DNA from: a virus
Lineage: Duplodnaviria > Caudoviricetes
IMG/VR virus record: IMGVR_UViG_3300018083_000004
Coordinates: 1 to 57,735 of that record
Strand: one strand, 5' to 3'
DNA: 57,735 bases
Made by a program: the position numbers and the translations under genes. Shown one piece after another: positions 37,326 through 45,277 of this stretch (positions are counted from its first letter, which is position 1; each line of letters opens with the position of its first letter). Under the pieces are notes generated by a model. It did not search any database, had not been told where the DNA came from, and saw nothing but the letters and a program-made list of their open reading frames with translations.

Positions 37326-39263
37326 CTAGTTATACTCGTCAATACATAGCCAGCCTGCGCCACCGGAACCACCGCTGCGCAAGCCCGAGGTGATCAAAAT
37401 TGCGCCCGCACCGCCGGCCCCGTTCGCCAGTGCATTGCCGCCGTTAGAACTGGCCGTGACAACTCCAACTCCACCCCCGCCGAAGATGGAATTTCCACCG
37501 GTACCACCGACACCAGTCACCTGTGATGCCATAAAACCCCATCCGCCAGCCTTGCCAGCCGCTGTAACGTCACCGCTATAACCAGCGATCCCGGCCGCCA
37601 CACCGATAAATTTGGTCGCGGTCGCGCTCTGTTGCCCGATCGCACCGCCCTGACCACCAGATGCCGCCACGACGGTCGATCCTGAAAACAGCGTGACAGT
37701 TCCGGTGCCTCCGGATACACCTATGCCTCCGGCCACCGCAACACCGACGCCGTAGTTGAACCATGTGGATGCGGCCATGGTCATGTACTTGCGCGTATAA
37801 CCGCCACCGGCGCCGCCACCCCCGACCGCACCAGAGGATGCTGTGGTAGATGACACACCACCACCTGCGCCCCCGGCTCCAATGAGTTGAATGTCGGCAA
37901 AGTTAGTCGTCGCCTGGCTCTGGAAGCTACCAGTACCGCCGGCCGCGATGATCGTCCGTTTGACGAAGCCGTTGGCCCCAGAGAAACCGCTGATGCCGGA
38001 GAAGCCGGAATAGCCGCTCGTCCCAGCTCCGCCCCCGGGCCCGCTGTAGCCCGAATATCCAGACGTGCCAGCACCGCCAGTCGGCCCGCTCCAACCGCTA
38101 TAACCTGAAATTCCAGACCAACCAGAAAACCCGCTAGTGCCCGCTCCGCCTGTCGCCCCGCTATAACCGGAGTAACCAGAGGCACCCGGATTCTCCCCGC
38201 TGAAACCGCTGAATCCGCTTGTCCCGCTGCCCGAGTATCCAGAGATACCCGACCAGCCGCTGTAGCCGCTGGTGCCGCTGCCAGAGTAGCCTGAGTAGCC
38301 CGAGGTGCCAGTACCGCCCGCGTTCCCCTGCGGTCCGCTATACCCGGAATATCCGGAGATCCCGGACCAACCCGAAAAGCCGCTCGTGCCAGTACCGCCC
38401 GTGCCGCCGGTGGCCCCGGAGTACCCCGAGATCCCGCTCCATCCGGAAAACCCCGAGGTGCCCACACCTCCATTGGTACCGCTGTACCCGCTGATGCCAG
38501 ACCAGCCGGAGAATCCGCTCGTGCCGGCGCCTGTAGCCCCGCTGTAGCCGCTTACGCCGCTGCCTGAGTACCCGGAGTACCCGGAGATTCCTGACCAGCC
38601 AGAAGGCCCGCTGTAGCCGCTGTAGCCGCTTGTGGCGGTTGCCCCGGAGTAGCCGCTGATGCCGGATGTGCCGGCGCCGGTTGCCCCAGAGTAGCCGCTG
38701 TAGCCGGAGATCCCGCTGCCGCTGTAACCCGAGTAGCCGGAGGTGCCGCTGGCGCCGTCGACGCCGATAACGCCGTTGCTGCCACTGTACCCAGAGATGC
38801 CGCTATAGCCGCTGGCCCCAGCGCCCCCAGCCGGCCCGCTCGCCCCGGTGCCACCGGAGTACCCGCTGTAGCCCGAGCGGCCGGAGAAGCCGCTGTAGGC
38901 GACCTCGGACGGGTCCGGCTTTTCTTCCCAGCCCTGCCCCTCGAGCCAGATCAGCGAGTGCCCCGGATCGAGCTCGTAGGCCAGCAGCTCGGCCACCGTA
39001 GTGCCGTCCGTGTGCTCCACGGTGAACAACGCGGTGTCGCTGCCGTGCTTGTTGCGGATGCTCAGCGTCTTGAGGTTGCGCTGCGTGTCCGAGCCGGGCG
39101 AGTGCACGATCACCGTCGTGGTCGCCGCAGCAATGTGCGTGTTGGTGCGCCCGGGTGTGACGCCGCCTAAAGCGTTGTCCACCCAGGACGCGTGCACGTC
39201 CAAAGGTGTCGAGTCCGCGCTGACGATGCGCAGCTCGTCGTTAACCGATGTGAGAAGAAGCAT
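37326..39263 (-). CDS. Gly-X-Ser collagen-like repeat fibre protein
   Basis: About 300 aa of SG(Y/F/W/I)SG repeats between a globular N-domain and a Gly-rich C-domain (IGAGGAGGG, GGGGAGGGY). Confidence 0.85.
   Translation of the reverse strand: MLLLTSVNDELRIVSADSTPLDVHASWVDNALGGVTPGRTNTHIAAATTTVIVHSPGSDTQRNLKTLSIRNKHGSDTALFTVEHTDGTTVAELLAYELDPGHSLIWLEGQGWEEKPDPSEVAYSGFSGRSGYSGYSGGTGASGPAGGAGASGYSGISGYSGSNGVIGVDGASGTSGYSGYSGSGISGYSGYSGATGAGTSGISGYSGATATSGYSGYSGPSGWSGISGYSGYSGSGVSGYSGATGAGTSGFSGWSGISGYSGTNGGVGTSGFSGWSGISGYSGATGGTGGTGTSGFSGWSGISGYSGYSGPQGNAGGTGTSGYSGYSGSGTSGYSGWSGISGYSGSGTSGFSGFSGENPGASGYSGYSGATGGAGTSGFSGWSGISGYSGWSGPTGGAGTSGYSGYSGPGGGAGTSGYSGFSGISGFSGANGFVKRTIIAAGGTGSFQSQATTNFADIQLIGAGGAGGGVSSTTASSGAVGGGGAGGGYTRKYMTMAASTWFNYGVGVAVAGGIGVSGGTGTVTLFSGSTVVAASGGQGGAIGQQSATATKFIGVAAGIAGYSGDVTAAGKAGGWGFMASQVTGVGGTGGNSIFGGGGVGVVTASSNGGNALANGAGGAGAILITSGLRSGGSGGAGWLCIDEYN
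37975..38897 (-). repeat. Imperfect 9-nt tandem repeat encoding Ser-Gly-aromatic triplets
   Basis: Recurrent gccgctgta/cccggagta/tagccgct units on the plus strand with synonymous variation. Confidence 0.85.
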
Positions 39264-39266
39264 GGC

Positions 39267-39497
39267 TTAGAGATAGCCCAGCACCTTGGCCAACGCAAAA
39301 TCCGGCCGGCGCGATTCCGGGATGTCCTCATAGGCCGCCTGCGTCAGCGTCGCTGCTTCCACCACGATCGCGATCTCGGTCAGGCCTTCTACGCCCACGC
39401 GGTGAAACTCCACGCGATTGCCGCGCATAAAAGCGTTGATCACGCCCACCTGGCCATCCTCGGCGATCACCCACATGCCCTGGCGCAGCCGGCTCAT
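39267..39497 (-). CDS. Hypothetical protein
   Basis: ATGA-coupled; LRQGMWV...QAAYEDIPESRRP...LGY. Confidence 0.65.
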   Translation of the reverse strand: MSRLRQGMWVIAEDGQVGVINAFMRGNRVEFHRVGVEGLTEIAIVVEAATLTQAAYEDIPESRRPDFALAKVLGYL

Positions 39498-39901
39498 GCT
39501 GTCCCCTGCGAAATGCGCGCGGTGACGGAGGTGGTGTCGCCGGCGTTCACAATCAAATAGGGCCCGTTACCGAAACGCTCAGCCCAGGCAATACGGCCGG
39601 AGCCAACGCGGGTCAGGTAGTAACCGTAGTTGGTGCCACTCTGCCCGTCAGCCGCGCTGGTGAACGTCTGCTTCGGATACGCGGCCTGGCTGGGCGTGCC
39701 GGGTGTGATGGTCCAATTGGCCGGATCCAGCGTAATGGCCGCGTAGCCGGTCCAGGTTGCCTCCACGTAGTCGTCGGTCGTGTCGGTCTCGGCAGGCGTC
39801 ACGTTGGTGGCGAACAAACGCAACACCAGATCTTCCGGCGCGCTCTTGTTGAGCAAATAGCCCAGGGAGTCGACCTCGCCGTCACTTGGGACCAGCAGCA
39901 C
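39494..39901 (-). CDS. Hypothetical virion protein
   Basis: GGAGG RBS; LRLFATNVTPAETDT...EATWTGYAAITL...YGYY...WAERF pattern. Confidence 0.7.
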   Translation of the reverse strand: MLLVPSDGEVDSLGYLLNKSAPEDLVLRLFATNVTPAETDTTDDYVEATWTGYAAITLDPANWTITPGTPSQAAYPKQTFTSAADGQSGTNYGYYLTRVGSGRIAWAERFGNGPYLIVNAGDTTSVTARISQGTA

Positions 39902-40127
39902 CGTTGCCTCCAGTTTGTGGTCTCGGCGTGAGCGCCATCGAAGTCTCGACCACCTGACCGTTCACGCGCACCTCGCGGAAACCCAAAATCAAACCATACT
40001 TCTCGAGCGCCGAATTAATGTCTGCCACGCATAGTCGGGTGCGCAATTCGTATTCCGCGTTCAGCTTCGCCTCTGCTACGATTTGCCCATCCGCGAGAGC
40101 CGAGCGTTGCCCGTTGTTCGGTCCCAT
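39882..40127 (-). CDS. Hypothetical protein
   Basis: ORF directly after the portal gene. Confidence 0.5.
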   Translation of the reverse strand: MGPNNGQRSALADGQIVAEAKLNAEYELRTRLCVADINSALEKYGLILGFREVRVNGQVVETSMALTPRPQTGGNGAAGPK

Positions 40128-40142
40128 TGCCTTGAATGTCTC

Positions 40143-41513
40143 CTATTTTCCAATTTCGCCGAAACGCTTTGCCAACGCGAGCACCGCGTTGCGTGTGTCG
40201 CCGGTGCCGGGCGTCTTCGGTTCGCTCGGCTGATTTGCGCCAGGCGCTGGTGCTGGCGGATTCTTGACGCGGTCGATATTCGCCTGCGTCTGCTCTCGCA
40301 TGAGATCCAGCGGCATCATGTTCACCTGCACCAGATAGTCGTCGCCGCCCTTGCCGATCGGGTTCATGTCCTGCAACTCGCGAATGTCGTTTGCGGAGAG
40401 CCAGCCGTTTTGCCTGCCGATCGCGAAAGCCTCATGCTGAGACTTGATATCGGCGCGCAGGAGTGAGGCGAAGTTGAGTTTGGTGTAATACACCCCGCGT
40501 TGCTGGCGACCGAAAAACTTGATGTCGCATTCCAGTTCTATCCTCCGGGCCCAAGGCAACAAAGTCTGCTGCACGAACTCCAGGGACTGTTGCTCAATGT
40601 TGTTGTTTGTTGATCGATCTAGCTCGAACACGCGATGCGGCGGCACGCCGAACCAGCGACAGATTTCGGTGACGCCAAACTTTCTCGATTCCAGAAATTG
40701 CGCATCCTCTGGAGGCACTGCAATCTGCTTCCACTGCATGCCCTGATCGATGTACGTGGTCTGCCCAGCTCGCCCAGGGCCGCGGTATTTGTCGTTGAAC
40801 TCCTTCAGCATGGCGTCAACCGCTTCCGGAGATAGGGCCTTGCCCACCGGCGCCTCGATCACCCCGCCCAGGTGCGCGCCGTTGCCGAAGAAAGCTGCGC
40901 CGAACTGCTCCATGGCCAGCCCCAACCCAATGGTCTCGCGCGCTAGCCCGATTACCGAATAGCCCATAACTCCGTCACCAAGGCCATGTAGGTGCAAGAT
41001 ATCGGCGGGCGCGAATTCGGTAACCTCCCTGGTGCGATTACTGACGCGATACATCAACTCATCGAATTCATTTCGAAATGTGCTTACGCGCCACGGCTCA
41101 ATCGGCCAAAGATTGACCGGTTCTCCGCGGTTGTTGCGCTCGATCTCGGCGAAGGCGTTTCCGCGCAGGATCGCATACTGCAGCATCGTCTCCCAGAAAC
41201 TTACGGCGTTGATCTCCGGGTTCGGCTGCATGGAAATCAGCCAGTCGGCCGCATGCGTCGGCATCTTTATTCGGCTCGCCCCATCCTGCCGATAGACTCT
41301 GAACGGCATGCACGCGATCGGCTCTACGATAGTTCGCACCGCCGCGTAGACGGTGCTGAGCGTCATTGCGTTATCTTCGATGACATGCACGCCACTAACA
41401 TTGCGCGCGTAACGATGTTGCGCATGGCGACCGCCCGCCACATCGCGTGCCGTCTGCGCCACATTGCGCACGCTCTGCCACCAGCCGCTAAGTATCGTCA
41501 TGGGATTGCGCAT
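40143..41513 (-). CDS. HK97-family portal protein
   Basis: LRGNAFAEI, DILHLHG, FFGNGA, DAQFLESRKF...ICRWFGVPPH, NNIEQQ motifs. Confidence 0.96.
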   Translation of the reverse strand: MRNPMTILSGWWQSVRNVAQTARDVAGGRHAQHRYARNVSGVHVIEDNAMTLSTVYAAVRTIVEPIACMPFRVYRQDGASRIKMPTHAADWLISMQPNPEINAVSFWETMLQYAILRGNAFAEIERNNRGEPVNLWPIEPWRVSTFRNEFDELMYRVSNRTREVTEFAPADILHLHGLGDGVMGYSVIGLARETIGLGLAMEQFGAAFFGNGAHLGGVIEAPVGKALSPEAVDAMLKEFNDKYRGPGRAGQTTYIDQGMQWKQIAVPPEDAQFLESRKFGVTEICRWFGVPPHRVFELDRSTNNNIEQQSLEFVQQTLLPWARRIELECDIKFFGRQQRGVYYTKLNFASLLRADIKSQHEAFAIGRQNGWLSANDIRELQDMNPIGKGGDDYLVQVNMMPLDLMREQTQANIDRVKNPPAPAPGANQPSEPKTPGTGDTRNAVLALAKRFGEIGK

Positions 41514-43440
41514 GTTGTTGTTGCTCCTTGGCCAAACGCTGCTGGGCTTTCGCTTCCCAATAGGAACGAATCGGTGTTAGCGGCATGGGTGGTTGTGCCG
41601 GAGTCTCGTCTGCATCGGGCTCGACGATCTCACCGGCAGGCTCCGGTGCCTGATCGCCATGGCGCGCGACTAACTGTTCGTAGTAGCTTGGCGCGTCCGG
41701 GCGGGAGAGCAACGCTCGGGACATCGCCATGATCAGGGCGATGCTCGCATCGATTTTGTTTTCGACGCGCTCTTTCCGGGGATAGATGTTGTCCTTTACA
41801 TCGCGATGGCAAACCACGTTGCCGATCATCCAACCGAACACCGGATCGCCGTTGTGGTGAAATCGTCTCGGCCGCGCAGCGATCAGCTCCTCGATCTCTT
41901 TCATCGGTGGGGAGAAATGCAGAATCAGCGGCCTCACCTCCACCATCGGCAAGCCTTCGTCGATCATCTCGCTCGCGAACTGCTGCAACTGGGCCGGATC
42001 GAAACCAATCTCGCCCAATTCAAAGCGTTGCAGATCGCCATCCACGTCCGACGCTCCAATCAACTCCTCGCGCACGTCGGCGATGTCGGTGACGTTGCCG
42101 TTGGACACCCGGATCCAGCCATCACGCTCCCAGCCGGCTAGTTGTTCGTTGCCCTTCGCTTCGATCAGCGTGCGATTCGAGTAGTAGCGTCCAAACGCGT
42201 AGTAGTGAGTCTGCAGCGCGCCGCCTTCGCCGGTAGTCAACTCACGGGTGAACACCTTCACCTTGGCGAACAAGTCCTTTTTGAAAGCAGCGTCTAGCCC
42301 GACGATGCAGCGTTCACCATGAAAGTCTGATTCCTTCAGCGTCGGATCCGCGCACGCTTCCCATTCGAGCATGTTCATCCATCCGGCATCCGCTCCGACC
42401 CATACGTTGCAACGCTTGGTGAGAAACTCGCCGAGTGCGGCGGCCTGCGTAGCGGCCATGCGCGTCATGCGCCGCATGTCCTCCAAGTCGACCGAGATGC
42501 CTAGATTGGGATTCGCCTTGATCCAGTTCGTCTCGTTGAACGGGTCTTTTTCTTCCCCGGCATCCAGCGTATAGATGATGCCCCAGGTGCTGTCATCCTC
42601 GGCGCAGTTGCCTTCGACCTTGTAACCCAGACCGCCGTGCGCCAACAGCGTCGCATTGAGAATCTTGGTGATATACAGCCGCACGTCGTAACACACGCCG
42701 GAACGATCCGATCCGGCTGTGGTGATCTTCCAGATCAGCGGTTGCGCGCGCGAACCCAGGCTGCTATCGATGACGTCATGGACGCGGCGTGTCTTGTGAG
42801 CGTGGAGCTCGTCAATTGCAGCGAATGACGTATTGAGCCCGTCAAGCGTACTGCCTTCGGCCGAAAGAGGAACCATCTTCGAGCCGCTGAGGTCGATCGC
42901 GAGGGAATTCTCGTAGACGCGTACTCCGAACTGCCGGCGAAATTCCGGCTCCAATTGCGCCATCTGCTTGGCGATGTTGAAAACGATCTTGGCCTGCTCG
43001 CGCGTGGTGGCTGCGGCGTAGACTTCGGCCCCCATCTCGTTATCGATGGTCAATGCCGCCAGGCTGAGCGCGCCCAGGATGCTGGTCTTCGCGTTCTTGC
43101 GGCCTACGTCCAAGTAGGCAGTGCGAAAGCGGCGCATGCCGGTTTTGCGATGCACCCATCCGTAGACACAACACAGACAGAAACATTGCCACGGCTCGAG
43201 CACGATATGCATGCCGGCCCATTGCGCGCCCTTCACATGCGGCAGCAATTCCACGAACGCGCACCGTTGCTCTGCCTTGTCCGCATCGAAACGATAGGGC
43301 CAACTTTTATCGGTCTTGCTGCGTTCCAGATCGTCGATCTGGCGCTGACACGCGGCCTTCACCCATTTGCAGGCTAGGATCTTTCCGCTCAGTACGTCGC
43401 GCGCGTATCGCTCGGCCGTCTTGACGTGCGGCGTATTCAT
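41488..43440 (-). CDS. terL: Terminase large subunit
   Basis: LEPWQ, GRKNAKT, IDELHAH, ITTAG, KANPNLG, GLD, KIDASIA motifs. Confidence 0.96.
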   Translation of the reverse strand: MNTPHVKTAERYARDVLSGKILACKWVKAACQRQIDDLERSKTDKSWPYRFDADKAEQRCAFVELLPHVKGAQWAGMHIVLEPWQCFCLCCVYGWVHRKTGMRRFRTAYLDVGRKNAKTSILGALSLAALTIDNEMGAEVYAAATTREQAKIVFNIAKQMAQLEPEFRRQFGVRVYENSLAIDLSGSKMVPLSAEGSTLDGLNTSFAAIDELHAHKTRRVHDVIDSSLGSRAQPLIWKITTAGSDRSGVCYDVRLYITKILNATLLAHGGLGYKVEGNCAEDDSTWGIIYTLDAGEEKDPFNETNWIKANPNLGISVDLEDMRRMTRMAATQAAALGEFLTKRCNVWVGADAGWMNMLEWEACADPTLKESDFHGERCIVGLDAAFKKDLFAKVKVFTRELTTGEGGALQTHYYAFGRYYSNRTLIEAKGNEQLAGWERDGWIRVSNGNVTDIADVREELIGASDVDGDLQRFELGEIGFDPAQLQQFASEMIDEGLPMVEVRPLILHFSPPMKEIEELIAARPRRFHHNGDPVFGWMIGNVVCHRDVKDNIYPRKERVENKIDASIALIMAMSRALLSRPDAPSYYEQLVARHGDQAPEPAGEIVEPDADETPAQPPMPLTPIRSYWEAKAQQRLAKEQQQHAQSHDDT

Positions 43441-43952
43441 TTAATCCCGCGCACGTACTCCTGGCAGCTCGCTAGTTTTTGGGCGCACTCGTCGGCTGTT
43501 GCCAGGATGTCGATGAGCCCGTCTCGCCGATCGCCTTGTACGCATCTAGGAAGCTCCCCGGTATCGGCAGGGGCTGCATCCACGGTTCGTTGATCGTCGA
43601 CGGTGGCTGCGGGCACGGGGCCGCTACCGCTATGGGCTTTGGCGGCGCTGGCGCGCAGGCCGTCATAGCGAACGCGCAGAGCAGAATAGCTGGTGTTGAA
43701 CGCACTGGTGGTCTCCTGCACCTTCCGGGCCCCAGCGGCTTCGATCTGCTGGTTTTCCTCCAGGCGCTTAATAATCTCTGCCGCAGCGGCACTCTGATAG
43801 TCAGCCAAGTCTTGCTTGGCTTTGGCCGTCTGCTCGAGCGCGGCCGACGTCTCATGCTGGGCATGCCATACGCGCACCTGTTGCGCTCCGCCTATCAGCA
43901 GAGCCAACACCGACATGCCGGCGAACACGTAAACGCTCAGGGGCAGCGGCAC
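43437..43952 (-). CDS. Rz-like inner-membrane spanin
   Basis: N-terminal TM, coiled coil, C-terminal ADECAQKLASCQEYVR. Confidence 0.85.
   Translation of the reverse strand: MPLPLSVYVFAGMSVLALLIGGAQQVRVWHAQHETSAALEQTAKAKQDLADYQSAAAAEIIKRLEENQQIEAAGARKVQETTSAFNTSYSALRVRYDGLRASAAKAHSGSGPVPAATVDDQRTVDAAPADTGELPRCVQGDRRDGLIDILATADECAQKLASCQEYVRGIK
43472..43705 (-). CDS. Rz1-like outer-membrane spanin embedded in Rz
   Basis: GTG at 43705 with AGGAG RBS; signal MRSTPAILLCAFAMTAC with a lipobox Cys; Pro-rich mature part; alternative frame inside Rz. Confidence 0.85.
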   Translation of the reverse strand: MRSTPAILLCAFAMTACAPAPPKPIAVAAPCPQPPSTINEPWMQPLPIPGSFLDAYKAIGETGSSTSWQQPTSAPKN

Positions 43953-44299
43953 TATTTGCTCTTGGTGGTCTTGGTGCTGACGCTGGTGGCGTCGGTCGAC
44001 GTCGTGGAGTCCGTCTCAGCGGCCCGGCGCCCCTCGTCGTAGGTCTTGTAGATGAACCCCATCAGGGCGCTTGCCGGCACGGTCAGGGCCGCTATCACCA
44101 AGCCGAGCTCGGCACCGCTCTTGCCCGGCAAGCTGGCGTAGCCCTTCGCCCAGCGGTACACGTCGATCATCATCCACAGCACGGCGATGATCATGGCGCG
44201 CCGGATGATCAGGCGCTGGTCGATGAAGTCCAGCAGGCCGCCGAGCGCTGCATCGGTGAGTGTGCGCAGGCTGGTTATCAGAGCGAGCAGGGTTTTCAT
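43952..44299 (-). CDS. Holin-like two-TM protein
   Basis: Two TM segments and a basic C-terminus; directly upstream of the spanins. Confidence 0.55.
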   Translation of the reverse strand: MKTLLALITSLRTLTDAALGGLLDFIDQRLIIRRAMIIAVLWMMIDVYRWAKGYASLPGKSGAELGLVIAALTVPASALMGFIYKTYDEGRRAAETDSTTSTDATSVSTKTTKSK

Positions 44300-44304
44300 G
44301 GGGC

Positions 44305-44333
44305 TTGACAAGTTAGCCTTGTAAGGCTAGAGT
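44305..44333 (+). promoter_or_regulatory. Sigma70 promoter with an overlapping 16-bp operator
   Basis: TTGACA-17nt-TAGAGT; palindrome TAGCCT-TGTA-AGGCTA at 44314-44329; ATG 8 nt after the -10. Confidence 0.75.
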
Positions 44334-44341
44334 GTTTGCAA

Positions 44342-44509
44342 ATGATTACTAGACGAATAGCCTCCTACCTGCTAGCCGCCCTTGGCGTGTTGCCTGCCAT
44401 GATTGCGATCAGGCTGTTGCAGGCCGGAGATCTGAGCCTGGCCGCCTGGCTGGGCGTTCTGGCCGCTGCGTTCTGGGTGGCCGCGTTCAAGGTTGACAGA
44501 CGCGGCTAA
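44342..44509 (+). CDS. Small two-TM membrane protein (55 aa)
   Basis: Hand-translated MITRRIASYLLAALGVLPAMIAIRLLQAGDLSLAAWLGVLAAAFWVAAFKVDRRG; probably leaderless. Confidence 0.6.
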   Translation: MITRRIASYLLAALGVLPAMIAIRLLQAGDLSLAAWLGVLAAAFWVAAFKVDRRG

Positions 44510-44514
44510 AGACG

Positions 44515-44781
44515 ATGGTCGCCTTCTTCAACGTCTGCGGCCTCGTCGCCCTGCTCTGCGCTCTCGCCCTGTTCTGGCAGCCGAACTTGAGCGCTGCCAC
44601 CGCAGGCATGTTCATCTGCACGGCCGTGTTCTGGATAGGCGCTGCTTTGCTCCACGAACTGCAACTGCAACGCAAGATGCAATCGATTACGGCGCAACTG
44701 CTCGAGCGCAGCATCAAGTCGAGCGCCACTCCCGTCCTGCAACAGCAAGTCTTATCGGTCCGGGCTAAGCCCCTCTCTTGA
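44515..44781 (+). CDS. Small two-TM membrane protein
   Basis: Two hydrophobic helices and a Gln-rich tail; antisense to the late operon. Confidence 0.55.
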   Translation: MVAFFNVCGLVALLCALALFWQPNLSAATAGMFICTAVFWIGAALLHELQLQRKMQSITAQLLERSIKSSATPVLQQQVLSVRAKPLS

Positions 44782-45277
44782 ACTGGCCCCAGCCTGGCTT
44801 AGCGGATTCCGCCCCACGCAATTGCGCCGGTTCCATAGTTGCGCCAGGCACTCGAGTGCGCGAACTCGGAGTTAACCCAAACTCCACGCACAGCTTGGCG
44901 TACATCTCTTGCGCTCGATTCGATACCGCGAGCCATGGCGATTGCATCGGGTAACCCTTCGGCGATTTCACGAACAGACCGCTACCGCCTCCGGCTTGAT
45001 CAGCCATCGCCTTGATCTGGTTTTCCGCCTCAAGATATCTGCCCCAGGTGGTACAGACCATCGCGAGAGCTCCGCGGTCGACATGAGCGATGATGCCGCC
45101 TAGCAGTTTGGTCAGTCGGTTCCATTCCTTGCGCGCATCCCCCTTCAAGTGACGCGGACATGAAATGTGTTCCGCTGGAGGCGGTCGGAAGTCGTCGATC
45201 GGTATCGGACGTTTACCCGGGTTGTTCCTGATGATCTTTAGTGTTGTCGGTGTCGGCTTGCGCCCGCGCGTTGCCAT
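44765..45277 (-). CDS. terS: Terminase small subunit (P27 family)
   Basis: RGRKPTPT.LK...NPGKR, ARKEW, QSPW, EFGLTPSSRTR motifs. Confidence 0.92.
   Translation of the reverse strand: MATRGRKPTPTTLKIIRNNPGKRPIPIDDFRPPPAEHISCPRHLKGDARKEWNRLTKLLGGIIAHVDRGALAMVCTTWGRYLEAENQIKAMADQAGGGSGLFVKSPKGYPMQSPWLAVSNRAQEMYAKLCVEFGLTPSSRTRVPGATMEPAQLRGAESAKPGWGQFKRGA

Noticed and set aside
37975-38897. CRISPR array or non-coding tandem repeat
   Set aside because: There are no constant repeats with unique spacers. Variation is synonymous within an open frame, and no cas genes are present.
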